Positions 39,150 to 51,911 of a stretch of DNA of 64,000 nt are shown here, piece by piece. The stretch's first letter is position 1. Every line of letters begins with the position of its first letter. The notes below the pieces were generated by a model. It ran no database searches. It was not told the DNA's origin and saw only the letters and a list, made by a program, of their open reading frames with translations. The position numbers and the translations under genes were made by a program. The stretch is from Octopus vulgaris (taxonomy: Eukaryota), in contig OX597822.1 of the NCBI GenBank assembly GCA_951406725.2, positions 75,764,001-75,828,000 of the forward strand, written 5' to 3'.

Positions 39150-39595
39150 TGGGCACAGGACGTCACGAAACGTGTACAACAAAAATACGAAGTACGAGTA
39201 CATGGAAAATGAACTATTTTTTCGAACAACGAAAGACACAAATGGAAAACAAGACAAACAACACAAAAAAAAACGACCCTTCAGCAGATGTTGGCTGTTT
39301 TTCTACTCTCTTATTTCAAGCATTTAACAACATGATACGCCTTCGATAAAACAGTTGCTCCCGCAAAGCAAATCAAATAAAATTTGGGATTTTGCGGGGT
39401 GTCAAAATTGGTAACAGAAACAGGACAGTTAAAACAAACAGGAAGGGTATGCTAAGCCTAAACGAGATTGTGGTGGCGAACGCGTAAATCAAGCTTGGAC
39501 AGGAGACTGACAGGAACACATCTTCCTTGATCCATCTACAACGGATAGAAAGAAAGAAACACAAGTTAGGAGAAGAAAGATGGCCGATGGTCTTA
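39150..39595. repeat. Unclassified dispersed repeat (inverted homologue at about 25615-25725)
   Basis: acgacccttcagcagatgttggc is the reverse of ccgacaactgaagaagagtcgtt at 25623. Confidence 0.5.
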
Positions 39596-39604
39596 TACGT
39601 ATAT

Positions 39605-39950
39605 ATTAATCAGAGGACACATTAAAATGTCTACCCGCTAGAAATAAGAGTTAAAACTCTCATTTGGACAACCAAAACATATATATACACTGAAAATAGG
39701 ATTCAACAGTATACGGGCGAGCGAACCGAAAAAATTTCTCTCAAATACCTATATACCATAAATCTATATATTTAATGTAACAGTTATCAAATGTATAGCC
39801 TCATACTATATAGGTATGTGAGATAATTTTCGGTTCGCTCGTCCGTATACTGTTGAATATGTTATTTTCAGTGTAATTTTTGGTGGTCGAAATGAGAGTT
39901 TTAACTCTTATTTCTAGCGGATAGACACTTTAATGGGTCCTTTGATTAAT
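39605..39950. repeat. Fold-back inverted repeat (about 150-bp arms)
   Basis: ccgctagaaataagagttaaaactctcattt / aaatgagagttttaactcttatttctagcgg. Confidence 0.9.
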
Positions 39951-40174
39951 GTGAGTTTAATTCTATAGCTATATAATGCTGATTTAGACCTGCAACCACC
40001 TATATCAATATTGTTGTTATTATAAACTATTTGTATTGCCTTCGATAATAATAACAATATCAATATCTATATAATTATTCGCTTCTGAATAAATATGGTG
40101 CTGATACATACATACATATACACACACACACACATACATACATACATACATACATACATACATACATACATACA

Positions 40175-40252
<78 letters not shown>

Positions 40253-40331
40253 TGCAGCGTGGAAGATGTTTATAAGCCATTTAAGAACAGACAAAAACCA
40301 TGAGATTTACTTCAAAATTTAAATTTAATTT

Positions 40332-40378
40332 GTGTTAAAAGTTTTCGTCGCTTTGAAACCGCGACCTGTTCACTGATA
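40332..40378 (-). ncRNA. Hammerhead-like motif with compensatory G3-C8 core (GUGAACA)
   Basis: Minus: tatca-GTGAACA-g-gtcgc ggtttcaaa gcgac-GAAA-actttt-aacac. Confidence 0.5.
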
Positions 40379-40391
40379 AAAACCTTCGTGC

Positions 40392-40480
<89 letters not shown>

Positions 40481-40675
40481 ACACACACACACACATGCAC
40501 ACGCCCTATCGGCTATTAAGCTAGCTCCTGTGGAAGGCTCTTCATTAGGCCTTGGGCCCAACAATGACACTTCATGCAGTGAGTGCATATTAAATTTTAT
40601 CAAACTTGACCAGTATTTTCAAATAATGAACAATTTTCATCAAAACAATGATATAGTTTGTCGACTTGGAACTTT

Positions 40676-40790
40676 TTGCAAAGCTGCATGATAAACAATA
40701 TATTTGGTCTTCCAATTCGGGGTCAGTGCAAATAGCTTGTTCCCATTCCCTACCCTTGAACAACCAGCATGTAGCTGACTGTAGGCAACA
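40676..40790 (-). pseudogene. Helitron RepHel (Pif1-like helicase) C-terminal remnant
   Basis: SQLHAGCSRVGNGNKLFALTPNWKTKYIVYHAAL matches the Helitron-end pattern GQLYVACSRV...LF...KTKNIVYxEAL. Confidence 0.75.
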
Positions 40791-41374
40791 ATAAACTTAC
40801 CTTTTAAAAGTTCAACGATAATTCTTCTGTCGCTAATTAATTTAAAGACAATTTGATGTACGTAGGGCCTTACTTTTCGTACAAACAATTATTTGTAAAA
40901 GCTGGCACGTATCTAAACTCCTGTTCGATATTTGAAGGAAAATTACACCACTGGCGCTAAACACTATTTTAAACGGCAATTTTAATGGTTTGGAATAGCT
41001 TTAAACGTATTTGACCATAAAGATGTTTGAAATTTAATATTTTTTAGTATTTTTTAAGGTAATAATAAAATTAGTCTAATCTATTTTCATACACTCGGAG
41101 CGCGCTAAATTTCATTCATTCCGACAGCCGACGGCATGAAAATAGGTCCGACAAATTTTATTAATATCTGAAAAAAATACTGAGTTTCCAATATTTTATG
41201 GTGGAAAGTTATGAGAGGTAAATATTGTATGAGAGAGTGAGTTCAGTACGTATTTCAGTTCTTAACGTTATGAAGCAGGGGATGAGGTTAAATTACTTGA
41301 TGCTCTCATAATATTTAGAGAAAGATATTTCAAAATGTATATTTTGGAAATTACTTTTCGAAAAAATTATGACA

Positions 41375-41540
41375 CTTAGAGAATCAGCTTTCTCCTTTCC
41401 GGTTTTGAGAAGCCTAATACCTCAAGATTGGTATTTAAGCAGTGTGTTACATATCCCAGGGCCCCTTTATTACAGGTATAAACCTGAACTTGTAATCTGG
41501 ATAGAATAACTTCAGATTTCTCAATAGTTCAGCGTAGGTG
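41375..41540 (-). pseudogene. RLE-type non-LTR retrotransposon endonuclease C-terminal remnant
   Basis: YAELLRNLKLFYPDYKFRFIPVI(fs)GALGYV; the PVI.GALG motif. Confidence 0.6.
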
Positions 41541-41916
41541 TATGCATGAATGTATGTATGTATGCATGTATGTACGTACGTATGGATGTACGCCATCGAC
41601 GTTCCGAGATCCAGGTGAATACCTGCTAACGCAATGCATAGAAAGGAACAACACTCCAACAGAATCGAAGTTCGATTAATTGAAAAAAGTTATTTTGTAA
41701 TTCACATTTTAGCAGCTGAGGTTGCTGTGTATGCGAATAAAAATCTAATCGACTGGCTCCCTCCCCAAAATTTTCGGGCTTTGTGCCTAGAAAAGAAAAG
41801 TATATTTATGTCCGAATTTATAAAATATTCCTTTTATAAATTTTTGCTATTATTTTTCTCACATTAGAATTTTATTATGAAGTGACATAATAATATTTTA
41901 CTACTTAATATAAACT

Positions 41917-42112
41917 TGGAGGCGCAATGGCCCAGTGGTTAGGGCAGCGGCTGGTGGTCGGAGGATCGCGGTTTCGATTCCCAGTCCGGGCTTTGTGTGT
42001 ATTGAGCGAAAATACATAAAACTCCACGAGGCTCCGGCAGCGGGTCTTTCGCCACAACTTTCCCTCACTCTTTCTTCCTGTTTCTTGAGTAATGCTGTGA
42101 TGGAATGGCCAG
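41917..42112 (+). mobile_element. SINE family C head joined to the start of a V-like domain
   Basis: ggaggcgcaatggcccagtggttagg head, then gagtaatgctgtgatggaatggc. Confidence 0.75.
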
Positions 42113-42335
42113 GTTCATGGGCTCGGTTTCCCGGTTTCAATGACGTATGTGTTCCCCAGCTGGACGGGACGCCAGTCCATCGCAGCGTTACTCATTTTTG
42201 CCAGCTGAGTGGATTGGAGCAACGTGAAATGAAGTGTTTTGCTCAAGAAGACAACGCGTCACCTGGTCCAGGAATCGAAACCACAATCTTACAATCATGA
42301 TGCTGACACCCTAACCACTAAGCCACGCGCCACCA
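42113..42335 (-). mobile_element. V-SINE-like tRNA-derived element
   Basis: Minus: ggcgcgtggcttagtggttagg...gtttcgattcc...ctgcgatggactggcgtcccgtccag (V-domain-like). Confidence 0.75.
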
Positions 42336-42936
42336 CATTTATTGCTGTTACTCTTTCAATTTCCATTCCTCTTGTTTCTCTCCCTCCCACTCTCTCTCTC
42401 TTCTTTTCCGTACTTCTTTCGGTTCTCTCTGATCGTTAATGCTTTCTTTGATGATACTCTAGAAATGCCTATCCTAGTTGATTGATGACACTTTCTATTA
42501 TGATATACAGTTTTAAAACTAGTTTACCTTCTCAATCGAACAATTGTCTGAATGTATATAGACTAATTAATAAATTCAACTTCTAAAATGATCTCATCAA
42601 TTGATACACTAGCATCGTCGTCTTTGCGATTTCTTTTATTTACATTTCTAATAAATCCTCCTTCTATAAGAATATGAACTCTCCTATCAAATTGTCTGCG
42701 TCTATTTATAGGTGAATTAATCGAAGTTTTTCTCGCATCAATTTATTCATTCGGACATGATGAAATGAATTGGGATCTATATAATATAATCGATAGTATG
42801 TAATCAATGTTATATAATAATTGCTCATCTTAATCTTTTCCAACTTATTTAAAGTTTTATGAAAGCCATATTTTGCTGAAACACTTGTAGCCAGGGAAAA
42901 AATAAACTATTCAGCTATTCTGCTGCTTACCATTTA

Positions 42937-43260
42937 TAGGTGCAAGCGTGGGTGTATAAGTTTGCTTTCCAACCACACGGTTCCGAGTTCAGTTCTATTG
43001 CATGGCACCCTGGGCAGCTGTTTTGTACTATAGCCTCGAGCTGACCAGAGTCATGCCAGTGGATGTGGAAGACAGAAAATGAATCACGACCATCATACAC
43101 ACACACACACACACACGTGTGTCTGTGTTTGTTACCCAAACAAGTGTTGGTTTATTTAACATCCCCGTAACTTAGCGGTTCGAGACCGATAGAATAAGTA
43201 CCGGGCTTAAAAGTGTCGATGCGTTCGGTTAAAGATTCTTCAAGGTGTTGCATCGTGGAA
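42937..43260 (+). mobile_element. SINE family A, diverged
   Basis: Head, CORE-like segment and ccccgtaacttagcggttcg. Confidence 0.75.
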
Positions 43261-43360
43261 CATATGATAAATAAACTCTACTTCTTGAAAGGAGAAAATG
43301 AAAGCCAATACCTGTTTATACTCAATAGCTAAACCACATCCAACATAAATATATAAATAC

Positions 43361-43401
<41 letters not shown>

Positions 43402-43461
43402 ATATATGTGTGTGTATGTGTGTGTACATACATGCATACATAGATATACACACACACACAT

Positions 43462-43494
<33 letters not shown>

Positions 43495-43656
43495 TATATA
43501 TATATGTACAGATAGAAGTATATGTGAGCAAGAAATAAAATTGATTAATGACATAAATACATGCAAATTGGTATGATTTTAATATTTTGAGCCTTCCGGC
43601 CTCATCTCGAGGCCCTGTTCCTTCCTCTTCCCTTCGTTTATTTTATGCATTTGTAT

Positions 43657-43774
43657 TCACTCTGATGAAACTCCATGTACTCGATTGAATGTGCTATGAA
43701 GATGACGAATATTATTTTCGGAATTTCTTTCGTAAACACCGACTCACATTGGAAGCGGAAACGGCCGTAAGAAA
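43657..43774 (+). ncRNA. Hammerhead ribozyme with long stem II
   Basis: ct-CTGATGA-aactccatgt...acattggaagcg-GAAA-cggccg-TA-ag; palindromic stem III acggccgt; base of stem II imperfect. Confidence 0.55.
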
Positions 43775-44026
43775 TGTTATGTCATGTTTTGTATTAAAAA
43801 TAATCAACCGATGTTGGTCAATTTGTTTGTTTGTTAAACAAAATTTTTTCTCCATTTTCTGATTATCTAAATTTGATTCCTGATAAATTTTTGTTTGCTC
43901 TGTTGTCCCCTGTAACCTATGAGCATAGTGTGCCTGCATACCCATGCCCAGGGATAGCATAGGTAATTGGTACCGATAGTAAGAACGGATACTATTATCT
44001 CTTAGGCGGTTATTACAACCGCTATA

Positions 44027-44200
44027 CATAATAAAATATCAGGGTCCGATATGTCCCTGTTTGCTTGAAGGAGGAGTTAAAGTCCTCCAAAACCACTCGT
44101 CTGTCACTGTATGTAAACACCTACGGAGAATATAGCAAACATATTTAACAACTCTTCCAAGCAAACAGGTATTTGTGGTACCCTGACTTTTTATTATATA
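44027..44200. repeat. Fold-back inverted repeat
   Basis: ataataaaa..tcagggt...cctgtttgcttg / caagcaaacagg...accctgactttttattat. Confidence 0.75.
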
Positions 44201-44283
44201 TTTTGCTTATTTGAATAATGTTTGCTCATCATTTTATCATTATTTGTATAGATAATAACTTATTTGAATTTATTATATATATA

Positions 44284-45562
44284 CTAGCAGTATCGCCCGG
44301 CGTTGCTCGGGTTTGTAAGGGAAATAACTATATAAGCATTTTTAGAGAGTTATAGCCAAAAAATAGGAAAAAAATGCATTAAAAATGGAAAAAAAATTAA
44401 GGTAAATTTCTTTTTAAATCGTTGACACATCGTAGATATTTTTAGAGAGTTACTTCCCTTATATAATAGCGAAAAAATGCATTAAAATGGAAAAATATGA
44501 TGGTAAATTTTTTTAAATCGTAGACTCATCGTAGACGCGCGCTAATACCCAGAAGGGCTCGATATGACTCACGACTATAAGATACCCGGTTTGGTTTTAC
44601 TATATTTCTGACCAAAATACACCCCTTATGTGTTTCAATTATTTTCTAACGTAATCATAAATTTAGTCTGGTTTCATTAAACAACAATAACCTTTTTATT
44701 TATCAATATATTAATGTGATTTTTGGAAGATAATTTAATGAAATGTCCTCAACCAATTCTATACTATAATTTTTGTCACAAAGTGATTCTAATTGCAGGT
44801 AGATACAGGTAAATTCAACAATATATAAAATTATTAAAATTTTGTTCAAACATCGCTATAGAAAATGGATTATTAGCTAATATTCAATTGGGTATACAAC
44901 AAAATTTTACGATATAATTTGTTATTCTGGGTAACTTTCTGATACCCATAATAATATTTATGGCAAAATAGGCCTTAATTTCATTTAAGGTTGTGGGAAA
45001 TAACAAACTATCCTTTCTTTCGTTTTGTTTACGTTTAGCGTAACGGTTCGTTTCTGCCGTAATGATTTCAAATAGGCTCATTCGAAAAAGTAAATAGAAA
45101 TAGTTTAAGGCTTTACTCTTCTGGGAAAGTCTGTGGCTTGGTCCAGTTTCTTCAGAAAACTCACCGAAAGAAACAGTTTTTAAATTTTCACTCCATTCAG
45201 GTACCAATTCGTTTTCTTTATCGCTGTCGGATTCACTGTTTTCACTTTAATAGCTGCAAACTTGCAAAGACAAAGGAGGAGAAGGGTGATAGCGTCAGTG
45301 AAACAGTTCGTTCCCTTTGTGTGTGTGTGCGTTTGCGTGTGGTGTAAACCACATTAAGAAGAGCATTTGACATACACACCAGAATGTGAGTTTTCTGTAA
45401 ATTTTGCTTAATTGGAGTATAAATTTTAAAAACTGGACCTGGCATGACCCGATGCATTCTACTCTTAAAAATGCTAGGTAAATTGTAATTGAAGAAATCC
45501 TATATTGTAGATTTCTATAACTTACAAAGGGAGGCAGATAAAATCTGCCTTTTGTAATAAGA
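44284..45562 (-). mobile_element. Non-autonomous Helitron with complete termini
   Basis: Minus strand begins TC(ttattacaaaaggcaga) and ends with hairpin cccgagcaacgccggg plus CTAG; inserted between A and T with no TSD; internal about 100-bp tandem duplication at 44338-44535. Confidence 0.85.
44910..45207 (-). pseudogene. piggyBac transposase (PGBD4-like) fragment inside the Helitron
   Basis: ALNYFYLLF...IITAETNRYA...TTLNEIKAYFAINIIMGIRKLPRITNY is the start of the piggyBac DDE_Tnp_1_7 domain. Confidence 0.8.
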
Positions 45563-45589
45563 TATATATATATATATATATATAATGTT

Positions 45590-45785
45590 TTCAGATTTTA
45601 GCACAAGGCCAGCAATTTAAGATGGTGTAAGTCGGTTATATCGACCCCAGTACTACATATTTTATCGGGCCTGAAACGATAAAAAGCAAAATCTACAACG
45701 ATTGAATTTGAACTCAGAACATAAGTAGCCGGATGAATTACCGCTGAGTATTTTCTCTGAAAACTCACGTTCTACCACCTCGGCA
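45590..45785 (-). mobile_element. SINE family B, degraded
   Basis: gcacaaggccagcaattt...tcgaccccagt...gaatttgaactcagaac. Confidence 0.7.
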
Positions 45786-46605
45786 AATTTATGTGTGTAT
45801 GTGTGTGCATTGGTATGTGCAGAGAGAGAAAGAGAGAGAAAGTGTTTACGTGCGTGTGCATGTTAGTTTTAATGTAGGTATGAGGAAAGTACCGATAAAA
45901 CGTGCAGAGTGACACAAAATTTAAGCAAATCTCTGACTACACTTATGCGATTTCAAATTTCATTCAGACTTTTCGATATCATGAAAAATATTCAACCATG
46001 TTGCTGCATAAACCATGAATCATATCTCGCAAAGTTTGCTATCATGCAGGCTCTGTGTACACTGCAGGGAAGTTACAATTTATACTCACTGATCGTTAAA
46101 GACTAACTTTTTAAACCGCTACTCCATTTTAATTCTGATAAAAGCAACATATACATACCTTCAGAAAGGAAATTGAATGGAATCTCAAATCTGACAATTT
46201 AGTTATTACAGAATGATGATATGACAAATGATATACAATTCCAAGAAGCGAAAACGGTCTGAAAATTGCTACATTGAAATAGTAGAAATTGTAGCAACAG
46301 ATTAACAATGGCAACGCGATGTCCAACTTGAACTCCCAAATATCTTTCCTTCTCGTGCTTGCTTCGTATATCGACGCAAACTTTAAAGAAAATGTAAACG
46401 TATATCTATAGTTTAATCAATATTATTAACAAAATGAGATTTTAAAGATAGACACACACACACACACACAAACATATGTATGTTTATATATCTATGTTTA
46501 TATATATATATACACATATAATAATAATAATTCATACATATATAATATATATATATATATATGTGTGTGTTTGTGTGTGTGTCAGTGTGTATGTATATAT
46601 GTATG

Positions 46606-46673
<68 letters not shown>

Positions 46674-47678
46674 CACAAACACGATTTATCCACTCACATA
46701 TAAGTAAAGAGAGAGACGAAGCAAAATAGAAGAAAAATAGTCGGAAAGACTTTTGCTGTACATTATTATTTGCCAGAACAAAAGACAAATTTTAAATAGC
46801 TCATTATTACAGAGTAAACACTTCACATTCAGATATACGCAAATACAAAGGAATACACACATACACACATACACACAAGTATATGTGTGTGTCTGTGTAT
46901 GAAGAAACACAAGGAAGGTTGGCGAGTTAGATCGATTTTAGATGTGTTTATAAATGTGTGTGTGTGGCTAAATTTGAGTGTGCATGTGTGTATATGTATG
47001 CAAATATATATGTATGAATGTAAGTAAGTTCATATATATATATATTTATCTTTATATATATGTATGTGTGTGTGTATTCATAAATATGTTTACGTAGATA
47101 GATATATACATGAATGTATATGTGTAGGTATGTATAAATAAGAAGTGGGGTGCTTGTTAGCAATATATACATACATACACAGGCGTATATGAAATCAAAA
47201 TATTTTCTTTCACAAGGAAAATAAGCCTGGCGGTTGTTTTCATCATGAACATATACATATATACGCACCTGAGTATATTTTCGCATATACTTGTGGAAGC
47301 GTTTGCGTGCCTGCTAATATATATCTTCGTTCGTGTGTGCACCAACAAGTGCACTGATATTAGTGTACGGAGATTGTTATGTTTACGTATCTATTATACT
47401 TTGAATGTTTGTCTAATCGTTGTAACGAATTAACTATGGTTATGTTCTATAAGTTCAAGCAGTATCATAGACTGAAATATATGTCTGGTCATGTGGTCGA
47501 GGTCTTTCGCTATAAGTTCTGTCTGTCTTTCTTTTATACATCTTTGTCGCCAGTCACTCATTCATGCTGTCCAACAGTTTTCAAGCCACTTCTTTCGCTT
47601 TACCCACCGTCGCTGACATTGTCTTGCACATGCCCCCCCCTCCACATGCTTTTGTTCTTGTTGGGTTTTTTGTTATTG

Positions 47679-47969
47679 CTTCTTCTTCTTCTTCTTCTTC
47701 TTCTTCTTCTTCTTCTTCTTCTTCTTCTTCTTCTTCTTCTTCTTCTTCTTCTTCTTCTTCTTCTTCTTTTTCTTCTTCTTCTTCTTCTTCTTCTTCTTCT
47801 TCTTCTTCTTCTTCTTCTTCCCCTTGTGTTTGTCTTGCATCGTCAGCACCACCAGCAACAACAACAACGACACCATCTTCTTCACCTCAGGCCCATCTTT
47901 CCTCGTTTTTTCCTTCTTCTTTGCTGCTGCTGCTGCTGCTACTACCACTGTTTCTGCTACTCCTATTGT

Positions 47970-48000
<31 letters not shown>

Positions 48001-48030
48001 GCTACTCCTATTGCTACCACCACCACCACC

Positions 48031-48097
<67 letters not shown>

Positions 48098-48140
48098 ATA
48101 CTACTACTACTATTATTTCTGCTGCTGCTGCTGCTGCTAT
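47679..48140. repeat. Compound trinucleotide repeat (TTC)n/(CTG)n/(CTA)n/(CCA)n
   Basis: Read directly. Confidence 0.95.
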
Positions 48141-48231
48141 TCCTACTCTTCATCCCTTTATTTCTTCAATCACCACCATTGCCTTCATCCTTGTCCTTTA
48201 ATTCTTCCTCCCTTTCTTCATAGACAAATAT

Positions 48232-48613
48232 ATATCTAATTCTTTATTGCCCACAGGGCGAACAAACAAACATCGACCCCAGTGCGTAACAGCTACTTAT
48301 TTAATCGACCCCGAAACGATGAAAGGCAAAGTCGACTTCGGCAGAATTTGAACTCAGAACGTAAAGACAGACGAAATACCTATTTCTTTACTACCCACAA
48401 GGGGCTAAACACAGAGAAGACAAACAAGGACAGACAAACGGATTAAGTCGATTACATCGACCCTAGTGCGTAACTGGTACTTAATTTATCGACCCCGTAA
48501 GGATGAAATGCAAAGTCGATCTCGGCAGAATTTGAACTCAGAACGTAACAGCAGACGAAATACCGCTAAGCATTTCGCCCTGCGTGCTAACGATTCTGCC
48601 AGCTCGCCGCCTT
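48232..48613 (-). mobile_element. SINE family B dimer
   Basis: One head and two body units joined at aaatag|gtatttcgtc. Confidence 0.85.
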
Positions 48614-48811
48614 TATAGACAAATGTATCGATATGATAGAGTATTGATTCAAATGACTTAGGGACATTCCTTCGTTTTGTTTTGTTTTTTTATTGTCGAC
48701 AATGAACAGTCAATTGCTTGAGCTCTATCGAATCCAACTCAACAAAATAATATGTAAATGTCTGAGTATTCCTCAGATGTGTGTGCCCAAAACATTTTTT
48801 TACGAGACAGT

Positions 48812-49035
48812 ACTCTTTACTCTTTTACTCTTTTACTTGTTTCAGTCATTTGACTGCGGTCATGCTGGAGCACCGCCTTCAGTCGAGCAAATCAACCCCA
48901 GGACTTATTCTTTGTAAGTCTAGTACTTATTCTATCGGTGTCTTTTGCCGAACCGCTAAGTTACGGAGACGCACACACACACCAGCATAGGTTGTCAAGC
49001 GATGTTGAAGGGGGTGGGGGTGGCAAACACAGACA

Positions 49036-49109
<74 letters not shown>

Positions 49110-49277
49110 GACGACGGGCTTCTTTCAGTTTCCGTCTACCAAATCCACTCACAAGGCTTTGGTCAGCCTGAGGCTATAGTAGAAGACACTCGCTCGAGGT
49201 GACAAGCAGTGGGACTGAATCCGGAACCATGTGGTTAGTAAGCATGTTACTTACCACAGAGCCACTCCTGCGCCTAC
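48812..49277 (-). mobile_element. SINE family A, full length
   Basis: Complete reverse layout. Confidence 0.9.
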
Positions 49278-49651
49278 ACATAAAGCCTTCCATCTAAAGC
49301 GGATAAGCGAGACATAAATCAGAAAACTAAGTCTCTTCTATATTAGCGAATTCAGGTTGAATATTATGCATGAATCAGTCTGACACAATAGGTGCAAGAC
49401 AAAGCGTTTGATTGATGGATAAATGGGAGATAAATTTGTGCCGGAGAGAGAAAAATGAATGAGAAAGTATGAAAAAGAGAGAGGCACACACGGCCCCATT
49501 ACTAGAATGATTCGTTATTTATCGATTTCGAAAGGATGAACGGTAAACGACACCGAGCCCGAGAACTATTTGAATTTAGATCACAAACAACGTGAAAGAA
49601 TACTGCCAGGTATTCAGTCCACTACTCTAATGATTCTGGTATTACTCGAAA

Positions 49652-50285
49652 GAAGGCGGCAAGTTGGCAGAATCGTTAGTACGCCATGCTAAATGCTTAG
49701 CGGCAATTCACCCGTCTTTACGTTCTGAGTTCAAATGCCGCCGATGTCAACTTTGCCTTTCATCCTTTTGGGGTCGATAAAATAAGTAGCAGTTAAATCA
49801 ATATTTCTCTAAATAAAGGCGGTAATTTGGCAGAACCGTTATTTGAGCGTATTTCGTCTCGTCTTTAGGTTCTGAGTTCAAATTCCGCCGATGTCAAGTT
49901 TGCTTTTTATCAATTTTGGATCGATGAATAAGTAACAGTTAAGCAATGGGGGGTCGATCTAATCGACTTAACCTCTCCCATGAAATTCATGAGTTTGCGG
50001 CGTAATTTGAAACCAATATTTCAATATAGAAAGGCGATGAAATAGCAGAATCATTAGCACGCCGAACAAAATGATTAGCGATATTTCATCCGTCTTTTCT
50101 TACTAAGTTCGAATTCTGCTGAAGTCGTCTTTGCACGCCAGGCAAAATGCTTTACGGTATTTCGTCCGTCTTTACGTTCTGAGTTCAAATTCCACCGAGA
50201 TCATCTTTGCCTTTCATCGTTTCGGGGTCGATTAAATAAGTACCAGTTACACACTGGTGTCGATGTAATCGATTTAATCCCTTCC
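49652..50285 (+). mobile_element. Tandem cluster of about 4 SINE family B units
   Basis: Repeated aaggcg..ggcagaa heads and ttctgagttcaaat B boxes at about 49655, 49815, 50030 and 50140. Confidence 0.8.
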
Positions 50286-50599
50286 CGCATATTTGAGGCG
50301 TTGAGCTTCAGTAGAACGGATTATAGACATCATAGTTGGGCCTAAGCAGGAAACATCACTGGTGGGTTTCTTTTCTAAATTAGCTCTTGCTTTGCCGTTT
50401 TCGGTCGCTGAATATTTTACCATTGTTTTGAAGATGTATCCGGCTTTTGTTTTTTTTTTTTTGCGGAAACTGTTTAACCCCGTCGTAATAACAAAATGAA
50501 TGTTTACCCTTTCCGTAAGTTTTATTAAAATAATCAAAAGCATTATCTTTATGACTCACCAAATGCAAGCCTCTCGATAACCTAGATTAAAGATATATG

Positions 50600-50736
50600 A
50601 GACTCTAGTAGCGGCAGACCTCCAGTACGTCAGCTTACCAGTTAGAAAGCCATAGCTAGAACGATATCACAGAGAATATAGAACTACTTGGAAAATAAAA
50701 AGTGGAGCTTCTACTACAGAAGGGATGCAGCAAAAG

Positions 50737-50792
<56 letters not shown>

Positions 50793-51050
50793 CATACAAA
50801 AGACTATTAGCAATCTTAGAGGAATCTATAGAAGAAAGAGGGGTCATGATACGGCATGGAAACTTTCCAGAATGCTTTTGACAGTGTAAACTACTCGTGG
50901 ACTTTGGAAATATCAGCCATAAATATTAAGTCCTAATAATAAGTAGGTACATGTAGCATGTCATGTATACATGGCAATTAATAGTGGAGTTAACTATAAA
51001 ACAGGGAATTGTAAAAACGTATCCCTTACCTGTCATAAGAGGAATTCCGA
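50600..51050 (+). pseudogene. Degraded RT of an R4/Dong-like LINE, split by (TA)n
   Basis: QKGCSKSSY..(TA)n..ILEE..TAW..FQNAFDSV..SW..W...IRGI resembles QKGC..GS / AWIDYxKAFDSVPHSW / RRGIFQG. Confidence 0.6.
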
Positions 51051-51850
51051 AATATTTTTTATCTATTCCGCTTCTCTCACTTTTTATGTTGCTTTTCTCT
51101 CTTTCTCTCTATTTCTTTCTCTCTTTCTCTCTTCTCGTTCCTTTTCTCGTTATCATACATTATTTCTTTTCCGCTTGTCGATAAAACCTCCCATCAACGT
51201 GCTAAACTAGATAAGTGATATACGAGGACAGTCAACCATCTCTTTTATATACTGTTGACCTGAAGTTGTATGCTACAGATGAAAAATAGTGTAAGCCTTT
51301 ACATAAGAACATGGATTCAGTTGCAGAGCTGATACGAAATTCGGTTAAGAAAATTACATCAAGTCTACTTGATAAAAACTCTCAGTATTATATTCCACAA
51401 AGAAAAAAGATGTAACAGAATGAGAACAAGCAAAGACCTTGAAATACTTGGCAATGAATCAAAATGCAACTCACACAAATCACGCTGCTTTCTGTAATCC
51501 ATTGAATAATCGAAAATGAAACTTCGACCATCAGTTCAAGAAAATTCAACAACATATTAACGTCCATAGTTAAGAAACTTGCATTGAAAACACTTTCGTT
51601 TCGGATTTGGTTCAAATGTGCGGCGTTTACAGTCTTCTGCTGAAGACCCGGATCGATTAATACCTTGTGAGTGAGTGCCTTTCTTCATAGAAAGTGGGAG
51701 AGGTGGTAGTTGATTACATCGACCCCAGTACTCAAAAGACACTCATTTTATCGACCACGAACTGATGAGAGGCAAAGACGACTTCGGCAGAATTCGAACT
51801 TAGAAAGATCGAGTAATACCTTATGATACGCGGAAACTGTGTGAAAGGAA

Positions 51851-51909
<59 letters not shown>

Positions 51910-51911
<2 letters not shown>

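Noticed and set aside
47379-48223. Long poly-L/S/K/T/Y ORFs
   Set aside because: They are open in several frames on both strands because of trinucleotide repeats; there is no unique coding signal.
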